A DNA stretch of 64,000 nucleotides from an uncultured virus (IMG/VR IMGVR_UViG_3300042321_002025) (IMGVR_UViG_3300042321_002025), one strand, 5' to 3'; positions 1 through 10,115 are shown, numbered from the stretch's first letter. A program made the numbers and translations. Notes: a model not told the origin generated them from the sequence alone.

Positions 1-307
1 ATATTCAGCATGGAATCGTGTAAGTAAAGTTTTAGTTTTATTTGGCATAACTCTCCCTAAAGTAATATTTCACGATTTGGATATGGGTGAAGAAATTGTG
101 CATATAGATCAATTCGGTGCTCGCTCTGGTGCCGAATTAAATGGCACAGTAGAGAAGATGAATAATTTGGATGAAGTTCAACATTATTTTTATTTTTCTT
201 ATGAAATGAATGATAATGGTTACTATGATGTTGAAGCGATGATATCTGATGAAAATGAGTTAGATGATTATCTTTCTTCAGAGGAACCAGACATAGAAGA
301 AGAATGA
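1..307 (+). CDS. 3' part of an acidic hypothetical protein, truncated by the window start
   Basis: Reading frame is open from position 2 to TGA at 305-307; acidic C-terminus. Confidence 0.6.
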   Translation, partial: YSAWNRVSKVLVLFGITLPKVIFHDLDMGEEIVHIDQFGARSGAELNGTVEKMNNLDEVQHYFYFSYEMNDNGYYDVEAMISDENELDDYLSSEEPDIEEE

Positions 308-311
308 TATA

Positions 312-698
312 ATGATTGATGATTTAAATGATGATAATTTTTTGATATATGCGGTAAAGTGCTACGATGCACCACATTGTATTATGTCTGAATTTGAGAG
401 CGATATTAAACGAACAAAATATTTGAAGCGTTTGTTTCGTAGATATAAAATTACTAAATCTCTTAAAGAGAGATTAATATTAAATCATATTATTTTATTG
501 AATAATGTTTTTGGTCCTGAAGCAACGGCTAGAATATTATTCTATAAGATAGACGAGAGAGATTATGATATACTCAAAACTTTCTTGTCATATTTGAACA
601 TTGTACCAGAAATGGTTTACGGTATTAGAGGTAAAAACATTTCGGTCGTAGAAATACAAATAGATGTTAATGTCGCAGAGATATTGAGGCAAATATGA
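312..698 (+). CDS. conserved T4-like phage hypothetical protein
   Basis: 128-aa ORF with LKERLILNHIILLNNVFG motif recalled from T4-like phages; tightly packed with neighbours. Confidence 0.75.
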   Translation: MIDDLNDDNFLIYAVKCYDAPHCIMSEFESDIKRTKYLKRLFRRYKITKSLKERLILNHIILLNNVFGPEATARILFYKIDERDYDILKTFLSYLNIVPEMVYGIRGKNISVVEIQIDVNVAEILRQI

Positions 699-1015
699 AA
701 ACATTCAAACAGTTTGTAACCGAAGAATACTTGGATGAAAAATCTCCAGCATGGCAACGTTCTGCAGGTAAAGATCCAGAGGGTGGACTGAATCGTAAAG
801 GTATTGCCTCTTATCGTAGAGAAAATCCAGGTTCCAAATTATCTATGGCTGTCACAACAAAGCCGTCTAAACTAAAACCAGGTTCTAAATCAGCCAATCG
901 TAGAAAATCATTTTGTGCTCGTATGGGTGGCATGAAGAAACGATTAACCTCTGCTAAGACAGCAAATGATCCAGATAGCCGTATCAATAAAGCTTTAAGA
1001 AAGTGGAACTGCTAA
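695..1015 (+). CDS. basic conserved phage protein
   Basis: GGLNRKG / RRKSFCARM / ALRKWNC motifs recalled from T4-like phages; N-terminal MKTFKQF. Confidence 0.7.
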   Translation: MKTFKQFVTEEYLDEKSPAWQRSAGKDPEGGLNRKGIASYRRENPGSKLSMAVTTKPSKLKPGSKSANRRKSFCARMGGMKKRLTSAKTANDPDSRINKALRKWNC

Positions 1016-1560
1016 TGCAATCTTTTAAAGAATACCTTGGTGAAGATTTACGCCAATGGTTTAAGCAAAAGTGGGTTCGCATGGACACTAAAGGTAATAT
1101 CAAAGGTGATTGTGCGAGAGAACCAGGCGAAGGCAAACCAAAGTGTTTACCTCAAGCCAAAGCACACGCCATTGGTAAAGATGCCCGTGCTTCAGCTGCT
1201 CGTAGAAAGCGTAGAGAAGATCCTAATCCAGAACGCCGTGGTGCACCAATTAATGTAAAAACTGAAAACGTTTTTGAAGCCTGTTGGAGAGGTTATGTTG
1301 CCAGAGGTATGAAGAAAAAAGGTGACCGTATGGTACCTAATTGTGTACCTGAAGAAATTGATATTCCAGTTTTAGAAGGTGAAGAAGAATGGTCAATGAG
1401 AGTTATAGATGAAGATGGTGCAATAGGTGGTTCATCAGGACCAACGAATGTAACTGGTGTTGCAACGTCTACCGATCCCATTAGTGCTAGTGCTGTTAAT
1501 AGAAGGAAAAGAAAGAGTCCTGTTATGATGTCCATCAGGAGAAAACCTCCAAAGGCTTAA
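1015..1560 (+). CDS. conserved phage protein, possibly virion-internal
   Basis: EDLRQWF..KWV and ACWRGY...VPNCVP motifs; ATG overlaps the previous stop. Confidence 0.65.
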   Translation: MQSFKEYLGEDLRQWFKQKWVRMDTKGNIKGDCAREPGEGKPKCLPQAKAHAIGKDARASAARRKRREDPNPERRGAPINVKTENVFEACWRGYVARGMKKKGDRMVPNCVPEEIDIPVLEGEEEWSMRVIDEDGAIGGSSGPTNVTGVATSTDPISASAVNRRKRKSPVMMSIRRKPPKA

Positions 1561-1561
1561 T

Positions 1562-2056
1562 ATGTGGTTCTTGTCATTCATTCCTGATTGGATTTTACAA
1601 TGGGCAATACATGGTCTAGTCATTCTTGGACTTGTATTAACATTTATAGGATCATTTGTTAGATTTATACCTATGGTTCAACCATACGCTTTGGTTGGCA
1701 GACAATTGGGTATAGTATTATTAGTGATTGGTGTATTCTTTGAAGGAGGATATGCCACAGAAATGTCATATCGTGCTAGAATAGCCGAAATGCAAGCAAA
1801 GATAAAAGAAGCAGAAATTAAATCTGCAAAGGTCAATGAAAAGTTGGCAAATGAAGTTAGTAAAAATAAAGAGTTGATTAAAGAGAAGGTGAATAGAAAT
1901 GCTAGGGATATTGAAGCAAAGAGAGAAGCTATTAATTCTAAGTGTGAGTTGTCTGATGATGCTTGGATGCTCTACAACCGTGCCGTTGAGCCAAAAATTT
2001 CCAGAGGCTCCTCAAGTGCTAATGGAGCCCGCTCCGGTTCTAAAGCCTCTAAGTGA
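1562..2056 (+). CDS. i-spanin (Rz-like)
   Basis: N-terminal hydrophobic segments, then coiled coil and a C-terminal Cys; overlaps an out-of-frame lipoprotein ORF; near the endolysin. Confidence 0.7.
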   Translation: MWFLSFIPDWILQWAIHGLVILGLVLTFIGSFVRFIPMVQPYALVGRQLGIVLLVIGVFFEGGYATEMSYRARIAEMQAKIKEAEIKSAKVNEKLANEVSKNKELIKEKVNRNARDIEAKREAINSKCELSDDAWMLYNRAVEPKISRGSSSANGARSGSKASK

Positions 2057-2192
2057 AGATAAAAAGACATTAGCAGACCTGTTACAAAATGCTAATGAGA
2101 ATTACGGACTGTATTATGAGTTACAAGATAGATATAACGCATGGCAGTTATGGTATAAACAACAGAAACAAATATTTGATAGTGTAAAATGA
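1899..2192 (+). CDS. o-spanin (Rz1-like lipoprotein)
   Basis: Lipobox MLGC; Pro-rich segment (KFPEAPQVLMEPAPVLKP); starts inside the Rz-like gene in another frame. Confidence 0.75.
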   Translation: MLGILKQREKLLILSVSCLMMLGCSTTVPLSQKFPEAPQVLMEPAPVLKPLSEDKKTLADLLQNANENYGLYYELQDRYNAWQLWYKQQKQIFDSVK

Positions 2193-2623
2193 AAAAACTA
2201 CTACTTGTATTACTTGCAATGCCAATGTTGGTGATGGCACAAAAAACTCCGCAAGGTGTAACCTATGATGCACAGATTGTCCGCATGATTGATGGCGATA
2301 CTGTGGTCATAGCGGCTCCCTTTTTACCAGCACCACTTAAACCCGAACTTGCCGTTAGAATATTCGGTGTGGATACTCCAGAAAAAGGACACAGAGCTCA
2401 ATGTCCTTCCGAAGATACCCGTGGCAAGGCCGCTACTGAATTTACAAAAGCCGCCATTGCAAAATCTACCAAGCGTCAAGTTGTGTTGTATAGCTGGGAT
2501 AAATTTGGTGGCCGTGTCTTAGGTGACATCATTTTAGATGGACAATCATTACGCACAGGTCTAATTCAAAATGGTTTTGCTCGTGAATACTTTGGTGATG
2601 CAAAGCAATCATGGTGTAATTAA
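2189..2623 (+). CDS. thermonuclease (SNase-like) with signal peptide
   Basis: IDGDT, VRIFGVDTPE and DKFGGRVLG motifs; N-terminus MKKLLLVLLAMPMLVMA. Confidence 0.85.
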   Translation: MKKLLLVLLAMPMLVMAQKTPQGVTYDAQIVRMIDGDTVVIAAPFLPAPLKPELAVRIFGVDTPEKGHRAQCPSEDTRGKAATEFTKAAIAKSTKRQVVLYSWDKFGGRVLGDIILDGQSLRTGLIQNGFAREYFGDAKQSWCN

Positions 2624-3027
2624 TGAAAAAATTAATACCATTGGCCTTTGTTGTATTGTTAAGTGGTTGTACTTTATTTGATGCCTACTTTATGGCCAAG
2701 TATGACACTAACGAATACTTCATTGTTAATGATATTAAAACAAAAGCACAAGTTGCCGAAGAAAATTGTGGCAATCAATTATTAGTTGTTGCACAGGTAA
2801 ATGATTTGTATATTAAAACTTTAGAATTTAAGAATTTTACATCTCATATACCAAGAAATAAAGATACGGATAATATGTCAACCAAGTTATTGACATTGAC
2901 AAAAGATACAAGAGATTATTTTAACAAAGCAGAAAAGATTTCACCAATTTTTTGTAAAGCAAAACTACAACAGATTGTTAAATCAGCTGATACAATTCAA
3001 CATGTACTAGGGAGCAAACCAAGATGA
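2623..3027 (+). CDS. putative lipoprotein
   Basis: Signal peptide with lipobox LSGC. Confidence 0.7.
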   Translation: MKKLIPLAFVVLLSGCTLFDAYFMAKYDTNEYFIVNDIKTKAQVAEENCGNQLLVVAQVNDLYIKTLEFKNFTSHIPRNKDTDNMSTKLLTLTKDTRDYFNKAEKISPIFCKAKLQQIVKSADTIQHVLGSKPR

Positions 3028-3230
3028 CACCAGAACAATTAAATGCTTACATCATTGAATACAATAAAATGTTGGCCGATGGATTAGTTAGTAAAGAAGA
3101 ATATGTCGAATTGCTGAAAGGCATTAATATTATGGAAGGTATTGCTGACGATGCTGAAGGATTGGCATTAAAAGAGCAATTAAATTTAATCATCAACGCT
3201 GCTATTAGTGCAGCTTCTTTAATGGCATAA
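3024..3230 (+). CDS. hypothetical protein
   Basis: 68-aa ORF, ATGA overlap with the upstream gene. Confidence 0.6.
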   Translation: MTPEQLNAYIIEYNKMLADGLVSKEEYVELLKGINIMEGIADDAEGLALKEQLNLIINAAISAASLMA

Positions 3231-3242
3231 GGGGAATAAAAA

Positions 3243-3356
3243 ATGGTAGATACACTTTTTTGGGTTTTAGTTGGCGCATTTGTAGGTTGGCATTTTCCAG
3301 AACCTTTTTGGGCTAAAGCAATTAAAGCTAAAATTTTAGGAATGATCAAGAAATAA
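3243..3356 (+). CDS. small membrane protein (37 aa, below the ORF track cutoff)
   Basis: MVDTLFWVLVGAFVGWHFPEPFWAKAIKAKILGMIKK; SD AAGGGG; stop overlaps the endolysin ATG. Confidence 0.6.
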   Translation: MVDTLFWVLVGAFVGWHFPEPFWAKAIKAKILGMIKK

Positions 3357-3982
3357 TGGAACTGACAAAAGATCAACTGAAGCAATTGCTTCCAAAGAAT
3401 CCATACATTGACCAATGGCACAATGCATTGTCACAATTGTTACCCGATTATGGTATCAATACACCTCAACGCATTGCTGCCTTCATAGCACAATGCGCTC
3501 ACGAATCCGGTAATTTTGTATTTCTCAAAGAGAATTTAAATTATCGTGCGCCGACTTTGCGTAAACTCTTTGCCAAGTATTTTCCAACAGATGAATTGGC
3601 CAATGAGTATGCAAACAAACCAAATAAACAAGAAGCAATTGCAAATCGTATCTATGCTAATCGTATGGGTAATGGTGATGAAGCTTCTGGTGATGGTTTC
3701 AGATATTGTGGTCGTGGCCTAATTCAATTGACAGGCAAAGAGAACTATTCTTGGTTTGCTGCCTCAATTGAAGTACCTGTTGAAGAAGCATCTGAATATT
3801 TACAAACATTTGAAGGTGCAGCACAATCTGCTTGTTGGTTCTGGGAAACAAACAATCTAAACCAATGGGCTGATAAAGGCGACATTCTCACATTAACAAA
3901 GCGTATTAATGGTGGTACCATTGGACTTGAAGATAGAATTAAACATTATGAACACGCACTTCATGTATTGGGAGTTCATTGA
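3356..3982 (+). CDS. endolysin, glycoside hydrolase family 19
   Basis: AQCAHESG, ENLNY, GDGFRYCGRGLIQLTG, SACWFW and INGGTIGLEDR motifs. Confidence 0.92.
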   Translation: MELTKDQLKQLLPKNPYIDQWHNALSQLLPDYGINTPQRIAAFIAQCAHESGNFVFLKENLNYRAPTLRKLFAKYFPTDELANEYANKPNKQEAIANRIYANRMGNGDEASGDGFRYCGRGLIQLTGKENYSWFAASIEVPVEEASEYLQTFEGAAQSACWFWETNNLNQWADKGDILTLTKRINGGTIGLEDRIKHYEHALHVLGVH

Positions 3983-4254
3983 TGAATGATAAGAAGTTAT
4001 TAAAGTGGATTTTGTTTATATTATTATTGCCCTTAACGTTGGCTTATTTTAGTGGTGATAGATTTCGATATCCATGCCAAGATCCAGCAAATTGGGATAA
4101 AGATATATGTAAATTACCATGGTGTGATGTAACTAGAACTTGTCCGGAACATATTTTTAAAGGTCAAAATGATCCAAGAGTTGGTCCTGCTGGAGATAAG
4201 TCACTCGCACAAAAAACACCAACACCAACAGTAACCGGAGCGAATTGCAAATGA
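3982..4254 (+). CDS. membrane-anchored/secreted Cys-containing protein
   Basis: N-terminal hydrophobic helix; RYPCQDP..C..P.C....C motif. Confidence 0.65.
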   Translation: MNDKKLLKWILFILLLPLTLAYFSGDRFRYPCQDPANWDKDICKLPWCDVTRTCPEHIFKGQNDPRVGPAGDKSLAQKTPTPTVTGANCK

Positions 4255-4769
4255 ATTTATTTAACAAAGAACAAAAACAACCAGAAACAGATTTCATGTA
4301 TACAGAAGAGCAGTTGATGGCTCGACTGAAGTTTTTCATTGGTATTTGTTTGACACTCACATTGTTTGGTATTGTATTCGTTGTGTTGTATTCTTTAATT
4401 TTTGTAACACAACCACTCAACGCTATTTCTCCAATCGACCAAAAGTTCTTTGAGTTGATTGTACCTATCGCCACATTCTTGACTGGTACATTGTCAGGTA
4501 TCATGTTGGCTGGTGGTGATAAGGATGCACAAAAAAGAGCATTAGAATTGGCTAATAGACCAACAACAGTATCGCCTGCACCAACCACACCATCTACACC
4601 AAGTTCATCAACAAGCTTTGGTGGAAATACATCACAGTTTACTGGTTCGTTTGGTGGCAACACAAATCAATTTACCGCAACACCAACAGCATCACCATTT
4701 ACACCGGGAGTTGTAACGGGATTTGGTGGTAAACCAGCACCTGTTCAACCACCACAACCAGAGTTATGA
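4251..4769 (+). CDS. two-TM membrane protein with Pro/Thr-rich tail (holin/antiholin candidate)
   Basis: Two hydrophobic helices; GGAG SD; located in the lysis region. Confidence 0.6.
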   Translation: MNLFNKEQKQPETDFMYTEEQLMARLKFFIGICLTLTLFGIVFVVLYSLIFVTQPLNAISPIDQKFFELIVPIATFLTGTLSGIMLAGGDKDAQKRALELANRPTTVSPAPTTPSTPSSSTSFGGNTSQFTGSFGGNTNQFTATPTASPFTPGVVTGFGGKPAPVQPPQPEL

Positions 4770-4770
4770 A

Positions 4771-4995
4771 ATGAATTGGTTAAATAGTATGTTATCTGAT
4801 GGTGTTAATGGCTCTGTTAGTAGTAAGAGGGTTATTACATTATTGGCGTTTATTGTGTGTGTTTATGGTTTTATTGCTGACATACATGGTTATAAAGTAA
4901 CCACATCATTATTTGATTCAATGATATACTTGGTGATTGCGGGATTAGGATTTACTGCCTCAGAAAAATTTGCTAAAAAGGAAGAACAGAAATGA
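4771..4995 (+). CDS. small two-TM protein (holin candidate)
   Basis: SSKR motif, two TM helices, charged C-terminus. Confidence 0.55.
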   Translation: MNWLNSMLSDGVNGSVSSKRVITLLAFIVCVYGFIADIHGYKVTTSLFDSMIYLVIAGLGFTASEKFAKKEEQK

Positions 4996-5183
4996 AAAAG
5001 TTTTTAATTGCACTCAATCTCGTTATTTGGTCTGCTGTTGGTTATCAAGTTGCATATGCAGCTGAAACTAAAAAGGCTTGCGTGGTGCAGAAAGACCAAA
5101 AAACTGGTAAAGAAAAAGAAGTTTGTAAAGAAATAAAAGTGCATAAGAAATTAGAAGGCACAAAAGTACCAGAAAAGAAATAA
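4992..5183 (+). CDS. small secreted protein
   Basis: Signal peptide ending AYA; two Cys; Lys-rich. Confidence 0.6.
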   Translation: MKKFLIALNLVIWSAVGYQVAYAAETKKACVVQKDQKTGKEKEVCKEIKVHKKLEGTKVPEKK

Positions 5184-5606
5184 ATGGCAGAGTTTGACGA
5201 TACCGACATTAAAGTGGATATTGGTGTTTTAAAAACACAAGTATTGACTTTATCTGCACTTTGTAATAAAATGGACCAGATTATAGAAAAACTGGTGGAC
5301 CAACACGACCGCCATATTGCAAAGGTATATACGGACATGGACAAACGAAGATTAGAAACGGAAACCGATATCAAAGAAATTCATCAGCGAATAGATACCG
5401 TTTTGGATAAGATGGAATCTTCAAACAAAGAAATTATGGATGAATTCAAATCTCTCCGTAAAGATATGAGTGAACATAACAAACAAGAGAAAGATGCTTT
5501 GGATGCTTTACTCAAATGGAAGTGGATGGTTGCCGGTGGTATTATTGCTATCTCATGGTTGATTTCTCATGTAAATCCTGATACAATAAGCAAATTCCTT
5601 AAATAG
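5184..5606 (+). CDS. coiled-coil protein with C-terminal membrane anchor
   Basis: Heptad-rich body, KWKWMVAGGIIAISW tail; directly upstream of the primase. Confidence 0.65.
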   Translation: MAEFDDTDIKVDIGVLKTQVLTLSALCNKMDQIIEKLVDQHDRHIAKVYTDMDKRRLETETDIKEIHQRIDTVLDKMESSNKEIMDEFKSLRKDMSEHNKQEKDALDALLKWKWMVAGGIIAISWLISHVNPDTISKFLK

Positions 5607-5631
5607 TATTACAATTTAGATTAAATATATT

Positions 5632-6645
5632 ATGAGTGTTTTTATTGACAGAGCTTTTCTGCTCCGCATTTCGCCAAAATTACAAAGGTTTACCCAAAAG
5701 AAGGAAGACCTTTATAATTTTAGGTGTCCGCTCTGTGGCGACTCACAGAAAAATAAAACCAAATCTCGTGGTTATGTTTATCGCAAAAAGAATGACTACT
5801 TTTATATGTGTCATAACTGTGGTGCTTCAACTTCATTTTATAACTTTTTGGACAAAGTTGACCCAACACTTATAAAAGAATATGCTTTAGAAAGATATAA
5901 AAATGGTGATAACAACAAAAGCGACCATAAAACTCCAGAATTTGAAGAATTCAAAACGGAGAAACCGACATTCAAAAAGTCATTGGATCTTCCATCTATC
6001 GACTCTTTACCAGAAGCGCATTTTGCTAAAGTCTATGTTCAGCAAAGACGGATTCCGAAGGACTTTTTCTCGCAACTATACTATGCGGAAGATTTCGCAG
6101 CCTTCATACAAAGTCTTGGGATTGAGAACACAAACCTTAAAGAGAAAGACAATCGGCTCGTCATACCGTTTTATGATAAAGAAAAGAACTTGGTCGCTGT
6201 TCAAGGGAGAGCACTAGGTGAATCTAAACTAAGATACATCACTATCAAACTTCACGAAGATAACCACAAGTTCTTTGGACTTGATAGGATAGACGAGGAG
6301 AAGATGATATATGTGGTGGAAGGTCCTATTGACAGTATGTTCCTAGACAATGCTGTGGCTACCGCAGACAGTAACTTGGAATCAATCATGTCGATATACG
6401 ATAAGTCCAAAGTTACATTGGTGTTTGATAATGAACCCCGTAATAAAGAGATAGTTAAAAAAATTGATGAAGCGATAGAAAAACATTATCAAGTAGTGAT
6501 TTGGCCAGAAATGATTGAATCTAAAGACATTAATGATATGATACTAGATGGGTTCTCACCAGATGAAATTCAAGATATCATAAGTAAATATACATTTGTT
6601 AATTTAAGAGCAAAAGCAGAATTGGTGAATTGGAAGAAGGTTTAA
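5632..6645 (+). CDS. gp61: DNA primase (T4 gp61-like)
   Basis: Zn ribbon FRCPLCGDS...CHNCG; TOPRIM motifs VVEGPIDS, FDNEPRN, KDIND. Confidence 0.95.
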   Translation: MSVFIDRAFLLRISPKLQRFTQKKEDLYNFRCPLCGDSQKNKTKSRGYVYRKKNDYFYMCHNCGASTSFYNFLDKVDPTLIKEYALERYKNGDNNKSDHKTPEFEEFKTEKPTFKKSLDLPSIDSLPEAHFAKVYVQQRRIPKDFFSQLYYAEDFAAFIQSLGIENTNLKEKDNRLVIPFYDKEKNLVAVQGRALGESKLRYITIKLHEDNHKFFGLDRIDEEKMIYVVEGPIDSMFLDNAVATADSNLESIMSIYDKSKVTLVFDNEPRNKEIVKKIDEAIEKHYQVVIWPEMIESKDINDMILDGFSPDEIQDIISKYTFVNLRAKAELVNWKKV

Positions 6646-6648
6646 GTT

Positions 6649-7293
6649 ATGAATGTAAAATTAATATCATACACACAAGGAACAGATGGTAAAAATTTAT
6701 TAGAGCAAGTTGCATATGCTGCTAGAGTTTCAAATCCATCAAATCAAAATAGTAACGACACAGCTGAAAAGTTGGTCCGTTATTTAATTAAGCATCAACA
6801 TTGGTCGCCACTTGAAATGGTGAATATATGTTTAGAAATTGAAACTACAAGAGATATAGCAAGGCAAATATTACGACATCGTTCCTTTTCATTCCAAGAG
6901 TTTTCTCAAAGATATGCAGTAGCAGATTTGGGCTTTGAATTTAAAGAAGCAAGACTGCAAGATGAAAAGAATCGACAAAATAGTATTGAAACGGATAATG
7001 TTGGTTTGAAATTAAATTGGGAAACACAACAAGATTATGTTATCGTAGCAGCAGAGAGAGCATATCGTTGGGCTATTGAACACGGTATTGCAAAAGAACA
7101 GGCACGAGCAGTATTGCCTGAAGGCATTACAGTTTCAAGGTTGTATATGAATGGAACTCTGAGGTCTTGGGTTCACTATATACAACTACGAAGTGAAAAA
7201 GGTACCCAAAAGGAACATCGTGAAATTGCATTGGCTTGTGCTAAAGCAATTGAACCGGTTTTCCCGATGATTCAAGAATTTATAACACAATAA
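6649..7293 (+). CDS. thyX: FAD-dependent thymidylate synthase
   Basis: RHRSFSFQEFSQRY signature; HWSPLE; EQARAVLP. Confidence 0.95.
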   Translation: MNVKLISYTQGTDGKNLLEQVAYAARVSNPSNQNSNDTAEKLVRYLIKHQHWSPLEMVNICLEIETTRDIARQILRHRSFSFQEFSQRYAVADLGFEFKEARLQDEKNRQNSIETDNVGLKLNWETQQDYVIVAAERAYRWAIEHGIAKEQARAVLPEGITVSRLYMNGTLRSWVHYIQLRSEKGTQKEHREIALACAKAIEPVFPMIQEFITQ

Positions 7294-7310
7294 CAAAGCA
7301 AGGCGAATAC

Positions 7311-9101
7311 ATGGAATACCTAGGTATCAAGATAGATTTAGAAAAAGATAAATTATTCGATGAACTTGGAATTAAAAGACTTAAAGAAAGTTACATGAAG
7401 GAAGATGAAGAATCCCCACAACACAGATTCGCATTTGTATCAAAATCGTTTAGTTCCAATCCGGAACACGCACAGAGATTATACGACTACAGCAGTAAAC
7501 ATTGGCTCAGTTATTCTACTCCCATTCTTTCTTTTGGTCGTAGTAAGCGTGGTATGCCTATATCATGCTTCCTTAATTATATTGAAGATACTGCGGAGGG
7601 ACTAGTTGATAACCTATCAGAAACTAATTGGCTTTCTATGCTCGGGGGTGGTGTTGGCATTGGCTTTGGTATTCGTTCAGCAGACGATAAATCTACTGGT
7701 GTCATGCCTCACCTCAAAATCTATGACGCCAGTTCTTTGGCATACCGGCAAGGTCGTACTCGCAGGGGCAGTTATGCTGCTTACCTCAGTATTTCTCATC
7801 CAGACATTATCTCTTTCTTAGAGATGCGGAAGCCGACAGGCGATCCTAATGTTCGTTGTTTAAATCTACATCATGGTATCAACATCACCGATGACTTCAT
7901 GCAAATCATTGAAACGTGTATGTTGGATCCTGAAGCAAAAGATGATTGGGAATTAAAAGATCCACATTCCGGTGAAGTGCGTGAAGTTGTATCAGCAAAA
8001 GAACTCTGGCAGAAAATTCTAGAGCTTCGTATGATGACAGGCGAACCATACATTCATTACATTGATACAAGTAACAATCATTTGCCACAATGGTTAAAAG
8101 ATAAAGGTTTGAAGGTACACCAATCAAATCTATGTTCTGAAATTATTCTACCAACAAACGAAGAAAGAACTGCTGTATGTTGTTTATCTTCTTTAAACTT
8201 GGAAACATACGATGAGTGGAAAAACGAACCTCTCTTTCTTAAAGATGTTGCTGAAATGCTCGATAATGTGCTTAGTTTCTTTATTGCTAATGCTCCTGAT
8301 GCTATCGCTCGTGCTAGATACTCCGCTGAAAGAGAGCGTTCCATTGGCATCGGTGCTTTGGGGTTCCATGCTTATCTTCAGCGTAACGGAATTGCTTTTG
8401 AGGGAGTTATGGCAAAAGTAGCCAACAACAGAATCTTTAGTAGTATCAGAAAGGGATTAAATGAAGCTAACAAACAATTGGGTATGGAAAGAGGCGAAGC
8501 TCCAGATGCAAGTGGTACTGGTAACCGTTTTAGTCATCTCATGGCTATTGCTCCCAATGCTTCTTCTTCCATTATTATGGGCAATACTAGTCCTTCTATT
8601 GAACCTTACCGTGCAAATGCTTACCGTCAAGATACTTTATCGGGTTCTTTCTTAAATAAAAATCGTTGGTTGGACGAATTGATTATCAAACTATCACATG
8701 ATAAACCAGAAGATTGGTATAATGATGTTTGGTCCTCTATTATTGCAAATGATGGTTCTGTTCAACATTTAGAATGGATGTCTGAACATGATAAAGATGT
8801 ATTTAAAACATCAATGGAAATTGACCAACGATGGGTGATTGAATTGGCTGCTGATAGACAACAGTATATTGACCAAGCACAATCACTTAATTTATTCTTT
8901 AGACCAGATGTTAATTTGAAGTATCTCCATGCCTGTCATTTTCTTGCATGGAAAAAAGGATTGAAAACTCTATACTATTGTCGTTCTGAAAAGATTGGTA
9001 AAGCAGACAAAGTTGCCAGAAAAATTGAAAGAGAAGTGATTAAAGAATTAGATATGAGTGCTATTGCACAAGGCAACGAATGTTTGGCTTGCGAAGGTTA
9101 A
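7311..9101 (+). CDS. nrdA: ribonucleotide reductase class I alpha subunit (no ATP cone)
   Basis: PISCF, SNLCSEI, IAPNASSS, IDQAQS, KTLYY motifs; C-terminal CLACEG. Confidence 0.96.
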   Translation: MEYLGIKIDLEKDKLFDELGIKRLKESYMKEDEESPQHRFAFVSKSFSSNPEHAQRLYDYSSKHWLSYSTPILSFGRSKRGMPISCFLNYIEDTAEGLVDNLSETNWLSMLGGGVGIGFGIRSADDKSTGVMPHLKIYDASSLAYRQGRTRRGSYAAYLSISHPDIISFLEMRKPTGDPNVRCLNLHHGINITDDFMQIIETCMLDPEAKDDWELKDPHSGEVREVVSAKELWQKILELRMMTGEPYIHYIDTSNNHLPQWLKDKGLKVHQSNLCSEIILPTNEERTAVCCLSSLNLETYDEWKNEPLFLKDVAEMLDNVLSFFIANAPDAIARARYSAERERSIGIGALGFHAYLQRNGIAFEGVMAKVANNRIFSSIRKGLNEANKQLGMERGEAPDASGTGNRFSHLMAIAPNASSSIIMGNTSPSIEPYRANAYRQDTLSGSFLNKNRWLDELIIKLSHDKPEDWYNDVWSSIIANDGSVQHLEWMSEHDKDVFKTSMEIDQRWVIELAADRQQYIDQAQSLNLFFRPDVNLKYLHACHFLAWKKGLKTLYYCRSEKIGKADKVARKIEREVIKELDMSAIAQGNECLACEG

Positions 9102-9119
9102 TTTTAAAGGAAAACAATA

Positions 9120-10106
9120 ATGATAAAAAAAGTAGAATCAAATCTATCGGAAGAACGCAACTATTTCAAACCCTTTAATTATCCTTGGGCTTATGATGCT
9201 TGGTTAAAACATGAACAATCTCATTGGTTACATACCGAAGTTCCTATGGCTGAAGATGTAAAGGATTGGAAGAAGAAATTATCCAAAGAAGAAAAAACAT
9301 TTCTAACACAAATCTTCCGTTTCTTTACACAAGGTGATATTGATGTGGCTGGTGGTTATGTTAAGAACTATCTACCATACTTTCCACAACCTGAAGTTCG
9401 TATGATGCTTACAGGATTCGCTGCCAGAGAAGCGTTACATATTGCCGCCTACTCACACCTGATTGAAACACTAGGTCTACCTGAAACCACTTACAATGAG
9501 TTCCTAGAGTATGAAGCCATGAGAGAGAAACATGACTATGTGATGGATATCTCCAGTAAGAATACCACCAGAGAGAATACCGCAACACATATTGCCGTGT
9601 TCTCAGCCTTTACCGAAGGTATGCAACTATTCAGTTCATTCATTATGTTGTTGAATTTTGCTCGTCATGGTAAAATGAAAGGTATGGGACAGATTATCAC
9701 ATGGTCGATTGTTGATGAAACACAACACGCAGAATCTATGATTAAATTGTTTAGAACATACATAGAAGAAAATCGTGAAATTTGGAATGATGAACTAAAA
9801 GGAAAAATTTATACCATTGCTGAAAGAATGGTACAACTAGAAGATAAGTTTATTGACCTAGCATTTGGCGTAAATCAAATGGAAGGTTTATCTTCAGAAG
9901 ATGTTAAGAAGTATATTCGTTATATTGCAGACCGCCGCCTAATCTCTTTGGGTCTTAAAGGTGTGTTTAAAGTGAAAAAGAATCCTCTACCATGGGTAGA
10001 AGAAATGATTAACGCACCAACACATACTAATTTCTTTGAGAATAGAGCAACTGATTATGCAAAAGGAGCTTTGTCAGGAAATTGGGGTGAAGTTTGGGCT
10101 CATTAA
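9120..10106 (+). CDS. nrdB: ribonucleotide reductase class I beta subunit
   Basis: EALHIAAY, EGMQLFSSF, DETQH and NFFENRATDY motifs. Confidence 0.96.
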   Translation: MIKKVESNLSEERNYFKPFNYPWAYDAWLKHEQSHWLHTEVPMAEDVKDWKKKLSKEEKTFLTQIFRFFTQGDIDVAGGYVKNYLPYFPQPEVRMMLTGFAAREALHIAAYSHLIETLGLPETTYNEFLEYEAMREKHDYVMDISSKNTTRENTATHIAVFSAFTEGMQLFSSFIMLLNFARHGKMKGMGQIITWSIVDETQHAESMIKLFRTYIEENREIWNDELKGKIYTIAERMVQLEDKFIDLAFGVNQMEGLSSEDVKKYIRYIADRRLISLGLKGVFKVKKNPLPWVEEMINAPTHTNFFENRATDYAKGALSGNWGEVWAH

Positions 10107-10115
10107 GGAGTTTAA

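Noticed and set aside
6649..10106. Introns or inteins in thyX, nrdA or nrdB
   Set aside because: The ORFs are continuous, of normal length, and show no intein motifs
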